This document shows positions 36,182-52,993 of a stretch of 64,000 nt of DNA, in pieces. The notes under the pieces were generated by a model that had not been told where the DNA came from, searched no databases, and saw nothing but the letters and a program-made list of their open reading frames with translations. Source of the stretch: Octopus vulgaris (lineage: Eukaryota). Each line of letters opens with the position of its first letter. Within the stretch, counting starts at the first letter, position 1. Location: the NCBI GenBank assembly GCA_951406725.2, contig OX597840.1, positions 22,816,001-22,880,000 on the forward strand, given 5' to 3'. A program made the position numbers and the translations under genes.

Positions 36182-38921
36182 ATCACTATTATTGTTATCA
36201 GCATCAACCCTACCAGATCTTTTCCGTTTGCGGCCACGTGTGGAAATGTTCGAGTGTAGTGAAAGTTTCAGTATTTGAGGTATCCCTATAATTTTCCGTA
36301 CTGAATTCCATCATTTAATTTGCTTCTTCCACAAAAAGTTTTTTAAAGTTACTGTGGTTTAAAGTTTAATCATTCTTACCCATTTAGAAAACAATATTTG
36401 GAAGCTGTCATTTTGTTCATGTAAAAAAAGGGGTGTGAAATATCAAATTATTGTGATTTTGTACTTTTTACATGGAAATTCATACGATTCTGCAAATATG
36501 TGATATAAAATCTTTGTTCAATTAAAAGGCAAATTACTTTTAACTATGCACTGTCCATCACCATTTCCTCCACCACAACCATCATCATCTCTCTCTCTCT
36601 GTGCCTCAAATCTCACCATCAGAACATCACCACTCTGCTAAAATTATATTGCTAACTTCTCTATATCATCAACTTCAACTAACTTTTTTACCATGTAATA
36701 AATATTATGTTCCCCCTATCACATATCATGTACGCTTCTCTCTGTCCCTCTTTCTATCTTACTCTTTGCTCTAATATATGGGTGCTTGAAACTCTCAGAA
36801 AAGATTTGCTGGGACCAGTATTCCGTTTGGGATATGCTTTTGAAATGGAAAGAAAGCATGCCCTTTTTTGGAAACGAATTGTGACTGGAGATGAAAAATG
36901 GATTGCATGTTTAATGTTGTGCAAAACTGATCCTGGAGTTTGAAGAAATATCCCCCAAGCAACCACAGATGAATATCCATGGCAACACACCTGTGCTTTG
37001 TGTTTGGTGGGATCATAAAGGCATTGTTTATTATGACCTTCTCCCATAAAACCAGACCATTAATTCTGATGTGTTCTGTCATCAAATGGCTAATTTGAAC
37101 CAAAATATATCAAAGAACTGCGGCTGGAGATTACCAACAGAAAAGCATTAGTCTTCCAACAAGACAATGCCCGACCATTGTCAAATAGAAAGGATTCACC
37201 CTATCTCCCTCATATTCCTTATAGTCTTCATTGTTATCATTTTTATGTCGTATGTTTTTTAAACCAATATTCTTTCACCAGATGCATTCTTTTCTTTTTG
37301 CTTTGCATCTTGTACAGATTTAAGTCTTTAATTTTATAAATATATATTTATATAATCTTTTAGCTGTTTATCCATTATCCAAAAACAAAAGGTCCCGGTC
37401 ACTAGTCAGGGCCTCGGTGTCTAGTGAGGCAATGGATTGGGTTATTCCTGAATCCAAAACACTCTAAAGTGTAGCCTGTATTGTGTCTGCATCAAAAGAT
37501 AGTCGCTCATCTGCTATTCACTGAAAACTGAAGGAAATTGGAATACGGTAATTACTTAATACACTTTATGCACAATTTTATAGACACAGAACTCATAAAA
37601 TAAATATTTGCTCATATTTTTCCAGTTTTCTCATAAACAGAAAAAAATTACATTTTAAAATTTACATGGGCACAATTTCTTATCTAAAACATGAGAAGTG
37701 TATACTAAAAAAATTACCTTATATTTAGAATATAGGGGTCACAATTTAATGTAACATGGCTTACTCTGAAAACCACATCAGTGGTAACTTGTAAGCCAAG
37801 GTGATGGGTCAGAGAGCCAATACACATTTCAATTTGTGGGTGTTGTAAAAAACTTAGTTCAAGTAAAAAAAAAACAAAAATTACTTTTCACTCTGTATTC
37901 ACCATCACAACCACCACCATCATCTGTCTCTCTCTCTACCTTTCTTTAATCTCTCCATCAGAACATCACCCACCTTCTAGAATTATATTTCTAACTCTCC
38001 TCTATATCTCAACCTTCAACTAAATATGTCCCCCCATCACATCATGCACGCTTCTCTCTCTTCCCGTCCCACTCATGGCCTTATCCTTTCTCTCCAATCA
38101 CATGAAAGTGTTACTGACGACCTAAGTAACGTAATGACAAGCAGAATTATTATAAGACCACCTTCCTTTACTTTTCCCTCCCCCTCACCCCACTACTCTA
38201 ACTAACATAAATACACCAGTTGAACAAACAAGCTTGTGATTACATATATACACGTACATTATTTTTGTGGGAGGTTTGGATAATATTTTTTGCAAGGTAA
38301 TTACAAATCACATAAGGAGACCGGAGAAAAGTTTGGTATTATTTATTCAGCATTACATGTGTTTCATTTCCTAATAGGAATCAAAAACTTTTAGATGTGT
38401 AGAAAACATGTAACATATATTTCCCATGAGAAATTCTTCAGACATACAATAGTTTATGTGAGTGTGTGTGTATGTACCCTTGTCCAGATATTATGTGATG
38501 TTCGTAAAGGGCCATCATGACCGTCATACTTGTGCAGTTGTTCACTTCCAGTCCTCTGCGTCAAATATATCCTTGCTTGGAAACAGGTGAAGATTGGTCA
38601 CAAGAAAGGTACCCAGATGTAGAAAATCGCCATCAATGAATTCCATCTGATCCACAGAAGCATGAATAGGAGAATGTTAAATGATGAGGATCATCATCAT
38701 CGTGGTTCCTCTTCTGTATGAATGTATTTACATTTCAATAATTGATCATTTTCATAGATTGATTTAGCATGAATAGCTTAGGTTACAGTTATATCTTTCA
38801 TATTAATAGGACTGTGTACAAACAATTCACCATTTTGATAGAATGATTCAGGTTTAACATCACAGTCATATGTTTTACGTCCTCTGTCAATGTTCTTTTG
38901 ATTCAATAATGGATAATTTCA
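36182..38921 (-). repeat. Inverted segmental duplicate of the ZF gene 1 3' region (~10230-12968), with the finger exon deleted
   Basis: Long reverse-complement match including the mariner remnant; at 38921 it jumps to intron-1 sequence. Confidence 0.88.
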
Positions 38922-39199
38922 AATTCTCGAACGCAAAAATTTCTAAAAATTCCCCCAAATAAAAATATGTGACGAGGGATTATATTAGGTGCTTAAAGCA
39001 GCACTCCACACACACAAAAATTAAATAAATTAGAAAAACATATTAATTCTAAATTTTAATGATGCAGAAGAACCACCAGAAATAAAGACTTCCCATTTCT
39101 CAAATAGAAGCCGTTCCATTTCCTCTAGTTACGATATTTGCTTTTCGTTTCAGTATTTCAAGTGCACACTCGTATTTTTATACATTCCCCATTTCTTAT

Positions 39200-39335
39200 A
39201 AAGACAAGACTTAGTTCCCCTTGTTCACAGTGAATCCTTGCTAATCTTGTTGCTCCGTATGCATTGCTTGCTCAGTTCCACTTTACAACTGATATTTAAG
39301 AGAAAATCTAATTAAATAGACACGTGATTGGTAAT
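39200..39335 (+). promoter_or_regulatory. Orphan, diverged copy of the ZF promoter (empty Tx1 site)
   Basis: AAGACAAGACTTAGTTCCCCTTGTT...CAGTTCCACTTTACAACTGATATTTAAGAGAAAA...TGATTGGTAATT. Confidence 0.5.
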
Positions 39336-39750
39336 TGAATTCAGCTGGTGTGTGTGGAAATGAAGCCTTACGGCAGAGATACAGAACTTTCACAAACACA
39401 CGGAAGAATATCGATGTTGCACTGACCATGGTCGGACGCAAAAAGAGGGCTAACAGTCTGGCCTATTGGTCACGTGGGGAGAGAAAAAGAGGAACAAAAG
39501 AATTAAGGAGGGGAAAGAGAAGAGAGTGAGTTGTAGATTTGTTTGACTAAAAGCGGTGCTCCAGCATGGCCGCAGTCGAATGACTGAAACAAAAGTAAAA
39601 GTACCCTATGAATTACCGTGTGAAGAATACAGATTCACAAATATCTGACAACACGTGTTGCCATGCTCAAAATGATAGCTTCCAAACCCTGTTTTGTGAA
39701 TGAGTAAACATAATCGAACTTTAAGCCATTGTAACTTAAAAACAACTTTT

Positions 39751-40161
39751 GTATCTTTTCGGTTTGAACAGCAGTTTTTTCTAGCAGTGTCATATGAAAT
39801 TGTCACCCATAATTATGACCCTAGTATCAATCTATTGCATTCCAATCTGTTTTAGGGTTGGGGTTAGGGGGAAAGGGTATCTTTTTTCTTCACAAATGTA
39901 AATAAACCCAATCTGTTTCTTAAACGAGGGACATATTCATACGGCAGAGAATGTTTTCACCTCAATAGACGTCATTGATTGGTTGAAATTGCAGAAATTG
40001 AAGGAAAAAAACAACAAATATCTTACAAACTATAGAATTTTCTCAATAAAGCCAAGAGAAAAAGATGTTTTATAAACACATTCTACCAGTATACGAAGTT
40101 TAAAAGTGTTTAGTTACCTAGAAATTATTTTAAAAAATTGCCGTTCAAACCGAAAAGATCC
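39751..40161. mobile_element. MITE, probably Merlin-type
   Basis: TIR G(T/G)ATCTTTTCGGTTTGAAC; 8-bp TSD CAACTTTT / CAACTTTC. Confidence 0.8.
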
Positions 40162-40354
40162 CAACTTTCTGTGGAAGAAGCAAATTAACTGATGAAATTC
40201 TGCATAGAAAATTATATGAATACCTGAAATATCAAAATTGTCAGAGATTTTTGGTTTGAATGGCTGTTTTTTAACATAATTTCTAGGTAAATAAAAAATT
40301 TTAAACTTCGTATACTAGTAGAATGTGTTTATAAAACATCATTTTCTCTTTCTA

Positions 40355-40620
40355 CATGGATCCACCTTACTCACCAACACTTCTCCTTCCACCCCACTCA
40401 CTATCACCTTTCTCTCCCCAAGGTTTACCTTCAAACCCTTGCTTTCAAATGCCTCCTTCCATTTCCAAAACTTCTCTCTCATCAGAACAAGGTCATCTGC
40501 ATACAGTATCTCCATTTACAGTCTCTTTCTTGCACTTTCCTTCTCCACATCAACCACTATTGCAAACAACAATGGTGACAACACAGATCCCTGATGCACA
40601 CCAACTTTCACCATAAACAA
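40355..40620 (-). mobile_element. RTE-clade LINE RT fragment
   Basis: VKVGVHQGSVLSPLLFAIV followed by YADDLVL. Confidence 0.7.
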
Positions 40621-40647
40621 GCTGGTTACTATATATATATATATATA

Positions 40648-41108
40648 CTGTAAATCCTCGAGTATAGTCCACACTTGAGTATAACACCTAAACCTAAACC
40701 TTGTGTATAATACACATCCCTTCTCTAACTTGAATCGTGTGTAATTAAGCCAGCAGCACCTAGTCAAACAAACACTTCCACGCATGCGTAATACAATAAT
40801 GGTGATGTTTTTAACTGTAAATAGGTTTGCAAATTGTTTTTGTTACATGTTATTCTGTGTTCTGAATACTTTTATTTTAATAAATGTTGCTTATTGCAAG
40901 TTATGGATGATTATTTTATGACTTCATTGCTTTCAGGCTTAGCTTAAGGTATTTTTGCACCTGAATAAACATTGCCGGACAGCAAAATAGAGACTCGGAC
41001 ATTGCTTAGAAAATATTTTTCATTTTTAACCTCGTATATAGTACGCACTAGGGATTTTGACCGATAAATTTTAGGAAAAAAATACAGATTATACTCAAGG
41101 ATTTACGG
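40648..41108. mobile_element. Tc1/mariner-pogo-type MITE
   Basis: TIR C(T/C)GTAAATCCT(C/T)GAGTATA, flanked by TA on both sides. Confidence 0.75.
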
Positions 41109-41937
41109 TATACATATATATTATTTTTGTGGGCGGTTTGGCTGCTATTTTTTGCAGAGTAATTACATAACACATAAGGACAGTGGAGAAAAGTTTGATA
41201 TTATTTATTCAGCATTACATGTGTTTCATTCCCTAATAGGAATTATAAACTATTAGATGTGTAGAGAACATGTAAGATATTTCCTATAAGAAAATCTTCA
41301 GACATACATAGGTGTGTGTGTGTGTACCCTCGTCCAGATATTATGTGGTGTTCATAAATGGCCATCATGACCGTCATACTTCTGTAGTTGTTCATTTGCA
41401 GTCTTCTGTGTAAAATATGTCTCACCAGGGAAAATATTTCCTTGCTTGGAAACAGGGAAGGTATCAATGAATTCAATCTGATCCATAGAAGAATGTAAAA
41501 GTGAATGTTAAATGATGAGGATCATCATCATCGTAGTGATATGGTTCCTCTTCTGTTTGAATCCATTTATATTATAACTGATCATTAACAGATATCTTAG
41601 GGTATGGCTATTCTTCATATTAACAGGACTGTGTATAATTAATTCACCATTTTGAAAGAAAGATTCAGGTTTAACATCACAGTGATATGTTTTCCTTCCT
41701 CTGTCAATGCTCTTTTGATTCAATAATGGATGATTTCATGTCAAAGATTTACCATAAATGTCACATTCATAGTTTCTATATTCTGTGGATGTCTTTATAA
41801 GATACGTCCTTTGTCCTTCTGAGGAAATGTTATACAACAAATATCACTGTGTTATGGACCCACTTCATAAGAAAAGACTTCTGTTTAAATCAGAAATGAT
41901 TTTGTGTAAATGATATGCCACAGATATCACTGTGAAT

Positions 41938-42804
41938 TTATTTTTCTTGAGTGTGAATGCATTTGTGTATAGTTAAGTGACTGTTTCCAGAGAACGTTTT
42001 ACCACAGATATCACAGGGGTATGGTTTGTCCCCTGTATGAATACGCTTGTGTTTAGTTAAGCTGCTGTGAACAGAGAATGATCTTCCACAGATAGTACAG
42101 GTATATGGTTTCTCACCTGTATGAACACGTATGTGAGTAGTTAATTTGCCTCCTCGAGAAAATGATTTACCACAGATATCACAGTGATATGGTTTGTCCC
42201 CTCCATGAACCCGTCTGTGAGTAGTTAAGTTACTTCCCTGATAGAATGATTTACCACAGATATCACAGTGATATGGTTTCTCACCTGTATGAATACGCTT
42301 GTGAGCAGTCAAGCTACTGCTAACAGAGAATGATTTACCACAGATATCACAGGAATAAGGCTTCTCTCCTGTATGAACCCGTTTGTGTTGAGTTAAGTTA
42401 CCTTCTTGATAGAATGATTTACCACAGATATCACAGTGGTATTGTTTGTCCGCTGTATGAATACGTATGTGAATAGCTAAGAAATCATAACGAGAGAATG
42501 ATTTACCACAGATATCACAGTGATGTGGTTTCTCCCCTGTATGAATACGTTTATGTTTCGTTAAGTTACTGCTTTGAGAGAATGATTTACCACAGATATC
42601 ACAGTGATATGGTTTCTTCCCTGTATGAATATGCTTGTGTTTTGTTAAGTTCCTGCCATGATGGAATGATTTACCACAGATATCACAGGGATATTGTTGT
42701 TCCCCTGCATGGATTTGTTTGTGTTGATTGAATTTACTTTCTTCTAAGAATGACTCTTTGCAGATGTCACAGTCATATGATGATTCTCTTAATTCTTCCG
42801 ACAT
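41938..42804 (-). CDS. C2H2 zinc-finger protein (ZF gene 3), 10 fingers
   Basis: [15 protein letters not shown] start; intact 288-aa ORF. Confidence 0.9.
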   Translation of the reverse strand: MSEELRESSYDCDICKESFLEESKFNQHKQIHAGEQQYPCDICGKSFHHGRNLTKHKHIHTGKKPYHCDICGKSFSQSSNLTKHKRIHTGEKPHHCDICGKSFSRYDFLAIHIRIHTADKQYHCDICGKSFYQEGNLTQHKRVHTGEKPYSCDICGKSFSVSSSLTAHKRIHTGEKPYHCDICGKSFYQGSNLTTHRRVHGGDKPYHCDICGKSFSRGGKLTTHIRVHTGEKPYTCTICGRSFSVHSSLTKHKRIHTGDKPYPCDICGKTFSGNSHLTIHKCIHTQEK

Positions 42805-44629
42805 CTCTTTAAGAAAAATAAAACTGAACCTTCAAGTTGTACAGATCAACAACTTTTCAAAAATATTTCTTCTCTCACCAAAATATATGGATATTTTGCT
42901 TCTTTTTACTTTAATAGTTAATTCGAAACAAATATCACTTCTTTTATATTTCTTCTAAATGTGATCAATGCCAATATTCAAAAATGCCGCAAATACTCTT
43001 TGTAAATCTATCAAAGTATATTTAAAAAAGAAAATTATCTCTTGCACATTTCAGACACAGAAGTAAAGAAATGCTTTCTCTCTCTGAGGAAATATTTTAC
43101 TGTAATTCAGCAATGTTTTATAGAAGCAGGATTCTACGTTTGTAGAATATCTTTGCAGAGTCTTTCAAACATGATACATATTGATGATTCTTTAAAAGTA
43201 AAAAATACTTTTTAGCCAATTTCATATGATTTTCTGAAAGAATAGAAAAAGTAATATAAGACATCAAGTATGTTTAAAAGGCAGATATTCAAAAGTGCAA
43301 ATTTACGAAATTTCTGTTTTCATAAATTGTAGAAGTAATTCTTTATCTGAACTATGAAATTTATCCAATTTCTGCATTACCAAAATGTTTATATCATAGA
43401 GTAGACACATCTATTATAATACCAACTCCTGGAATATAAAGTCTGTCATAGATACACTTCCACACACACCAATATACATATAAATGACACTAGATTTCTG
43501 ATGTTTTCATTGCAGTCTTGTATCTTTGTTTGCTAAAACAGACATCGCTCTTTCTCTACCTTCATCATCATCGTTTAACATCTGCCTTCCACGCTGGCAT
43601 GGGTTGTGAGGTTTGACTGAGGACTGGCAAGCCATGAGGCTGAACAAGGTTTCAATCCTATCAGGCAAGATTTCTACAGCTGGATGCTGTTTGAGCATGT
43701 AGCGGTTGCCTTTTATGTGCCACGGAGCCAGTCAGGTAGCATTGGCATCGACCATGCTTGAAAGGAGCTTCGTATGTGCCACCGGCATGGGTGCAAGTCA
43801 GGCAGCACTAGCATCAATCATGCTCGAATGGTACTTTTTACATGCTACCTGCATGGAAGGCATATATACAAATACACACACACATATATATATATACGGT
43901 TAGCTCAACGTTAATATTTTGTTGAGAATAAAAGATGAATAAATGTCAGTAAATAATATTGATGACTCACTAACAGCATCAAAATCCTTAGTGGGGAAAT
44001 TTTAATGTAGGAAAAATTATTGGTTGATGGGGAGAATGAAAGCCAGATTCCTCCAAAGAGTTTGGCGCGTCCTGAAGAAGGCAATGTGCTGTTGAAATGG
44101 CTGCCACCTTGCCGTTTCTTTCTCAGGGAGGGCCTAGTCTATGTCTCCCCTCTTCCTGCAAGCCCAGAGGAACTTAAGCAGAGATTTATTACCATACTGG
44201 TCGTGAGATGTGCGAAAAATAACAGCTAAATAACTCATAAATCACAGTTGATTGTTTTCTTTTTTTGGTTGCATGACCGAACGAATTCTCGTACGCAAAA
44301 ATTTTTATACATTCCCCATTTCTTACTAATTGCATCGTAATTTTCCCGCATTTAACGAAATCGTCGAATTTACACGTTAGAAAGAAAGATAAATGTTATC
44401 TAAACAAGGGATTGATCCGACGTTTTTACAAATAATTTAGAAAATAACCAAAAGTGCAATGAAATGTCTAAAAGAAAACGACAACACAATGAAAGTATTA
44501 AAATTACAGCCTTTCGTATAATTTCGTCTTAGTGAGATTTTTTTCCTTTTAACTTTCTCAACACATCGAAACAAATAAATGTACATAATACGACACATAT
44601 ATAATAGAAATGTTTAAATAAATACTTAC

Positions 44630-44945
44630 ATAGTAATAGATATGGAGAGAAAGAGTGAAGGAGGAAGATGTGAGAACTGGAGTCAGAGTGGACAACGACA
44701 GCTTCAAGAGAATTTCTAGATTTCTACAACAAACGTTAATTAATATTTTTCAGGTCCACATAATCGTAAAGGCTGTATCTGTTTGTTTAGACAGTTAATT
44801 ACCAATCATTTGTATATATTTGATTGGGTTCTCCTCTTAAATATCAGTTGTCAAGTGGAACTGATCAAACAATGAAGGTGCGTGAGAAACAAGAAATACA
44901 CTTAATGAGGAGAAGTTTTTACAATGAACAACGGGAGCTAACTCC
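44630..44945 (-). promoter_or_regulatory. Putative promoter and exon 1 of ZF gene 3 (no Tx1 insertion)
   Basis: Minus-strand GGAGTTAGCTCCCGTTG, CCAAT boxes, donor at 44629. Confidence 0.6.
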
Positions 44946-45346
44946 ACTCTTTAAAGAATTGCGGCTCTACTTTTATAGATTTGGGATTTTGTGAAAGATG
45001 TTTCTTTGATAATTTTGTCTCATAAATTATTATTATTGTCATTATTACCAATCCTGCCGAATCTTTTCTGTTTGGCTGCACATATGGAAATTTTTAATAA
45101 TTCACATATATATATATATATTATAATTATATATATATTTATGTATCTATATATATACTCTTTTATTCTTTTACTTGTTTCAGTCATTTGACTGCGGCCA
45201 TGCTGGAGCACCGCCTTTAGTCGAGCAAATCGACTCCGGGACTTATTCTTTGTAAGCCCAGTACTTATTCTATCGGTCTCTTTTGCCGAACCGCTAAGTG
45301 CCAGGGACGTAAACACACCAGCATGCAATGCTAGCGGGACAAACAC

Positions 45347-45404
<58 letters not shown>

Positions 45405-48400
45405 GTATATTCATATATACGACAGGCTTCCTTCTGTTTCCGTCTACCAAATCCACTCACAAGGCTTTGGTCGGCACGGGGCTATAGAAGAAGACGCTTG
45501 CCCAAGATTCCACGCAGTGGGACTGAACCCAGAAACCATGTGGTTAGTAAGCAAGCTACTTACCACACAGCCACTCCTGTGCCTTTGCTAGAGAAAGATA
45601 AGCTGGTGAAAGTTGTATGTATCATGGCTGTCTCTGGTCATCTCATTTCACCAACTAGCTTTTGCTTTACGAAATTCTAGTATTTTATAAGTGCAATATA
45701 GCGAGAAAGAGAGGCATATTGCCGAGAACAATGGGGAAACTGATGGGGAATCCACTATTTTACTTCCCAAGGAAAAGACTTTCATAACAATATGTGTGTA
45801 TATATATATATATATGCCCCTCCTTAATTCTTCTGTTCATCTGCTTCTACAACTCTCTCTCTTCTCTTTCGCCTCCTTAATTCTTTTGTTCCTCTTTTTC
45901 TCTCTCTTCTCTTCCCACGTGACCGATAGGCCAGACAGCTAACCCTCTTTTTGTGTCTGACCACAGTCAGTGCAACATCGATATTCTTCCATGTTTGTGA
46001 AAGTTCCGTATCTCTGCCGTAAGGCTTCATTTCCACACACACCAGCTGAATTCAATTCGTCCCCAGTCGAAAGACACCTGTTGTTATGTCCTGTTATTAT
46101 TATTAATATTTTTATTGTATTTTGTATCTATATTTGTGTTACATCGTCTGTTTTTCCGTCCTTATTTTCGTATACATTCCATGCTTTCTTCCAAAGAATC
46201 TGATGCTCTTAGCTTACTTTTTCCTTGGGACTGGCCAGATTGGAGCAATCTCAAGATTAATCAGCCGAAATTGCGAGGACGACCTGGTTCTTTACAGGAG
46301 ACAGAAAGCTTCGAATGACCCGTCCTTTCTTTTTCATAAAGGACCCGTTTGTACTTTGGTGTGAAATAATTTTTTCCACACGTTTTTTTTAGTGCATTCA
46401 ACGATGCTCAGTCCAAACCCACCAGCCGCCACATTCTTCCAGAAAAGAAAGGGGGAGGGGTGGTGGGGGGACCTTGGAGTTTCCCCACCAACAGAATTTA
46501 AATAGCTATTTTGAGTCCTTTATCGTAAATAGCTGTTGTATGGTAACAGGGCATGCTAGATATAGCAACCGAATCTTTTGGAGATGAGATACATTGAATG
46601 CACTTGAATAAAACCTATGGAATGAATTTATTTCACAGTGAGGTTATGAACAGGTCTTTTACGAAATATTTACAGTATTTGTAAAGCCATCTTCACTTTA
46701 AAATATTTTTTAAATATGCCAAAACAATATTCGTAATGGTATTCAATTGAAAATAATAAAAAAATAAATAAAATTGTCTGTTTAAAGAAAGCTAAAATAT
46801 AGATACAAAAAAGCAAAAATAGAAACATTTCCTGTAAAAACAACTTTTTTGTTGGCAAGTTAGTCATAATGTGTCTACCGAAAGGCTAGAAATTCTTCCT
46901 TTTCAGGGTTAAGTTATTTTTGGTGTATTTTCTCAATATGCACTGTTTTGGGTATTTATACCCACCAAAACTCCTAATATCTCAAGAACCAGTTGTCCAA
47001 TTCATGCGAAACTTGTTTTATTCCGTTTGTATTCACATCTCAGGAAAGTCTTAATTCTTAGTATTTTCCCCATTATGTGCCATTTTGGCTATGTAACATT
47101 GGAAGCAAGATTGAAGTTCAATTTTAATGTAATATATGTGTGTGTGTGTATAGGTCTGCCTACTTACAACTGCAATACAAGTATTTAGTTGTGAATAAAC
47201 CATTATACTTGGCACTTGTTGCCCTGGAGAAAGGCTTTGATAGAATTCCTCAGTTGGCCACACACCAAGGTTCAACAGAACCTACTGAAGCAAGCCAAAG
47301 TGCTTCTGGCATTATCACAGCCAAGAGCAAGAAGTCGACATCAAAGTTCGTACTGTTTTCAAATTTTGGCACAAAGCTAGCAATTCCACGGGTGTGTGTT
47401 AAGTTGAATATGTCGATTCCAGTGCTCAACCATTGCTTATTTCCACCAACCCCCAAAAGGACAAAAGACAAAGTCCACCTTGGCAGAATTTAAATGTAAA
47501 TGTCATGTCAGAAGAACCACAGCTAAGCATTTTCCCCAATGTGCTAACGACCCTGCCAGTTCGCCACCTTAGTTTATTATTAATTACTAGTGGGACCCAT
47601 GTAAATTCTACAGAATGAAAAAAATTAAGAGGACCTATTTAAGAAAGAGAGGATGATTTGCATTTTTATAGCATTCATAGTTTTAGCTTTCTTTGAATAT
47701 ACTTGGCATCTGTCTACATCCAATTCCTCACAACACCATCGGTGCCATCTTTTTTATTATATCTTCTTAGTGTTCCATGCTCTAGATCTGTGCATCTTTT
47801 CTCAGGCAGCTTGCAACTGTGTCTCTTGTGAATCCATAGTTTAGGCTAAATTAATCCTTAGAAACAAATATCAATCTCTTAAGTGAGAAGACAATAAATA
47901 ATTGCACAGAAGTGCAAGTGTTGAGTGATGGTCTCTATAAAAAAAAGAAAATTCCTTTTCACTATCAACACACCACCACCATCATCTCTCTCTCTCTGCC
48001 TTTCTTTAATCTCACCATCAGAACATCACCCCTCTGCTAAGATTATATTTCTAACTCTTCTCTATATCACAACATTCAGCTAGCTTTTTTAACCATAAAA
48101 TAACTATTACATTCCCCCTATCACATGTCATACTTGCTTCTTTCTTAGTCTTTTGTCTCTCCCTTTTCTTTCTTTCTCTATTTGCCTCTCTCTTTGTCTT
48201 ATAATCTCTTCTCTCTCTACCCCCTTTTCTCTAATAACATGAAAGTGTTACTGACGAGCTAAGTAATAGAATGAGAAGCAGAATTATTATAAGATCACCT
48301 TACTCTATTTCTCCACTTCTGTCCCCACCCCTCATTTATTCCACTAATCTAATGAAAGCATAACAGCTGTACAAACAAGCTGGTTCTTATATATATACAT

Positions 48401-49223
48401 AAATATCATTTTTGTCTGAGGTTTGGATAATATTTTTTGCAGAGTAATTACATATCACATAAGGAGACTGGAAAACAGTTTGATAGTATTTATTCAGCAT
48501 TACATGTGTTTCATTACCTAATAGGAATTACAAACTTTTAGACAAAGAGAAAACATGTAAAATATCTCCTATAAGAAATTCTTCATACATACATATACAC
48601 ACGTGTGTGTGTGTGTGTGTGTGTATGCATAAGTGAGTGTAGCCTTGTCCAGATATTATGTGATGTCCGTAAATGGCCATCATGACCGTCATACTTGTGC
48701 AGTTCTTCATTTCCAGTCCTCTGCGTAAAATATGTCTCACCAGGGAAAATATTTCCTTGCTTGGAAACAGGTGAGGATTGGTAACAAGAAAGGGTTCCCA
48801 GCTCAGGAAAATCTCCATCAATGAATTCCATCTGATCCATTGAAGCATGGAAAAGCGAATTTTAAATTATGATGATTATCATCATTGTAGTGATATGGTT
48901 CCTCTTCTGTATGAATGCAGTTATGTTTTAATAATTGATCATTTTCATAGATTGACTTAGTACGAATGTCTTAGGTATGGTTTTATCTTTTATATTAATA
49001 TGACTGTGTATAATTCTCCATTTTGATAGAATGATTAAGCACTGCTATCACAGTGATATGTTTTCCTTCCTCTGTCAATGCTCTTTTGATTCATTAATGG
49101 ATTATTTCAAATGAAAGGCTTACCATTGATATCACATTCATATAGTTTCTTTCTTGTGTAGAGGGTTTTATGAGATACAAACTTGTCCTTCTGAAGGAAT
49201 GTTATACAACCAATGTCACTGTG

Positions 49224-50933
<1,710 letters not shown>

Positions 50934-52993
50934 CTCTTCAAGAAAAAATAAAATCGATCCTTCAAGTTGTACAGATCAACAACTTTTCAATAATATTTCT
51001 TCTCTCACCAAAATATATGGATATTTTGCATCTTTTTGCTTTTATAGTTTATTCCAAACAAATATCACTTCTCTTATATTTGTTCTAAATGTGATCAATG
51101 CCAATATTTAAAAATGTTGCAAATACTCTTTGGAAATCCATCAAAGTATATTTAAAAGAGAAAATTATCTCTTGCACATTTCAGACACAGAAGTAAAGAA
51201 ATGCTTTCTCTCTCAGAGGAAATATTTTACTGTAACTCAGCAATGTTGTATAGAAGCAGGATTATACGTTTGTAGAATATCTTTGCAGAGTCTTTCAAAC
51301 ATGATACATATTGATGATTCTTTAAAAGTAAAAAATACTTTTTAGCCAATTTCATGTGATTTTCTGAAAGAATAGAAAAAATAATATAAGACATCAAGTA
51401 TGTTTAAAAGGCAGATATTCAAAAGTGCAAATTTACGACATTTCTGTTTTCATAAATTGTAGAAGTAATTCTTTATCTGAAGTATTAAATTCATCCAATT
51501 TCTGCATTACCAAAATGTTTATATCATAGAGTAGACACATCTATAATAATACCAACTCCTGGAATATAAAGTCTGTCATAGACACACTTCAACACACACA
51601 CACACACACACACACCAATATACATATAAATGACACTAGATTTCTGATGTTTTCTTGTATCTTTGTTTGCTAAAATAGATATCGCTCTTTCTCTACCTTT
51701 ATCATCATCGTTTAACGTCTGCTTTCCACACTGGCATGGGTTGTGAGGTTTGACTGAGGACTGGCAAGCCATGAGGCTGAACAAGGTTCAATCTTATCAG
51801 GCAAGATTTCTACAGCTGGATGCTGTTTGAGCGTGTAGTGGTTGCCTTTTATGTGCCACAGAGCCAGTCAGGTAGCATTGGCATCGACCATGCTTGAATG
51901 GTGCTTTGTATGTGCCACCGGCATGGGTGCAAGTCAGGCATCACTAGCATCAATCATGCTCGAATGGTACTTTTTACATGCCACCTGCATGGGAGCCATA
52001 TACACAAATGCATATATATATATATATACGGTTAGCTCAACGTTAATATTTTGTTGAGCATAAAAGATGAATAAATGTCAGTAAATAATATTGATGTCTC
52101 TATAACAGCATCAAAATCATTAGTGTGGAAATTTTAATGTAGGAAAAATTATTGGTTGATGTGGAGAATGAAAGCCAGATTCCTCCAAAGAGTTTGGCAC
52201 GTCCTGAAGAAGGCAACGTGCTGTTCAAATGACACCTTGCCATTTCTTTCTCAGGGAGGGCCTAGTCTATGTCTCCCCTCGTCCTGCAAGCCCAGAGGAA
52301 CTTAAGCAGAGAATTATTACCATACTGGTCGTGAGATGTGCGAAAAATAACAGCTAAATAGCTCATAAATCACAGTTGATTGTTTTCTTTTTTTGGTTGC
52401 ATGACCGAACGAATTCTCGTACGCAAAAATTTCTGAAAATACCCCAAAATAAAAATATGTGACGAGGGATTATAGTAGGTGCTTAAAGCAGCACTCCACA
52501 CACACAAAAATTAAATAAATTAGAAAAACATATTAATTCTAACTTTTAATGATGTAGAAAAACCACCGGAAATAAAGACTTCCTATGTTTCAAATAAAAG
52601 CTGTTCCATTTCCTCTCGATACGATATTTGCTTTTCGTTTCAGTATTTCAAGTGCACACTCGTATTTTTATACATTCCCCATTTCTTACTAATTGCATCG
52701 TAATTTTCCCGCATTTAACGAAATTGTCGAATTTACACGTTAGAAAGAAAGATAAATGTTATCTAAACAAGGGATTGATCCGACGTTTTTACAAATAATT
52801 TAGAAAATAACCAAAAGTGCAATGAAATGTCTAAAAGAAAACGACAACACAATGAAAGTATTAAAATTACAGCCTTTCGTATAATTTCGTCTTAGTGAGA
52901 TTTTTTTTCCTTTTAACTTTCTCAACACATCGAAACAAATAAATGTACATAATACGACACATATATAATAGAAATGTTTAAATAAATACTTAC

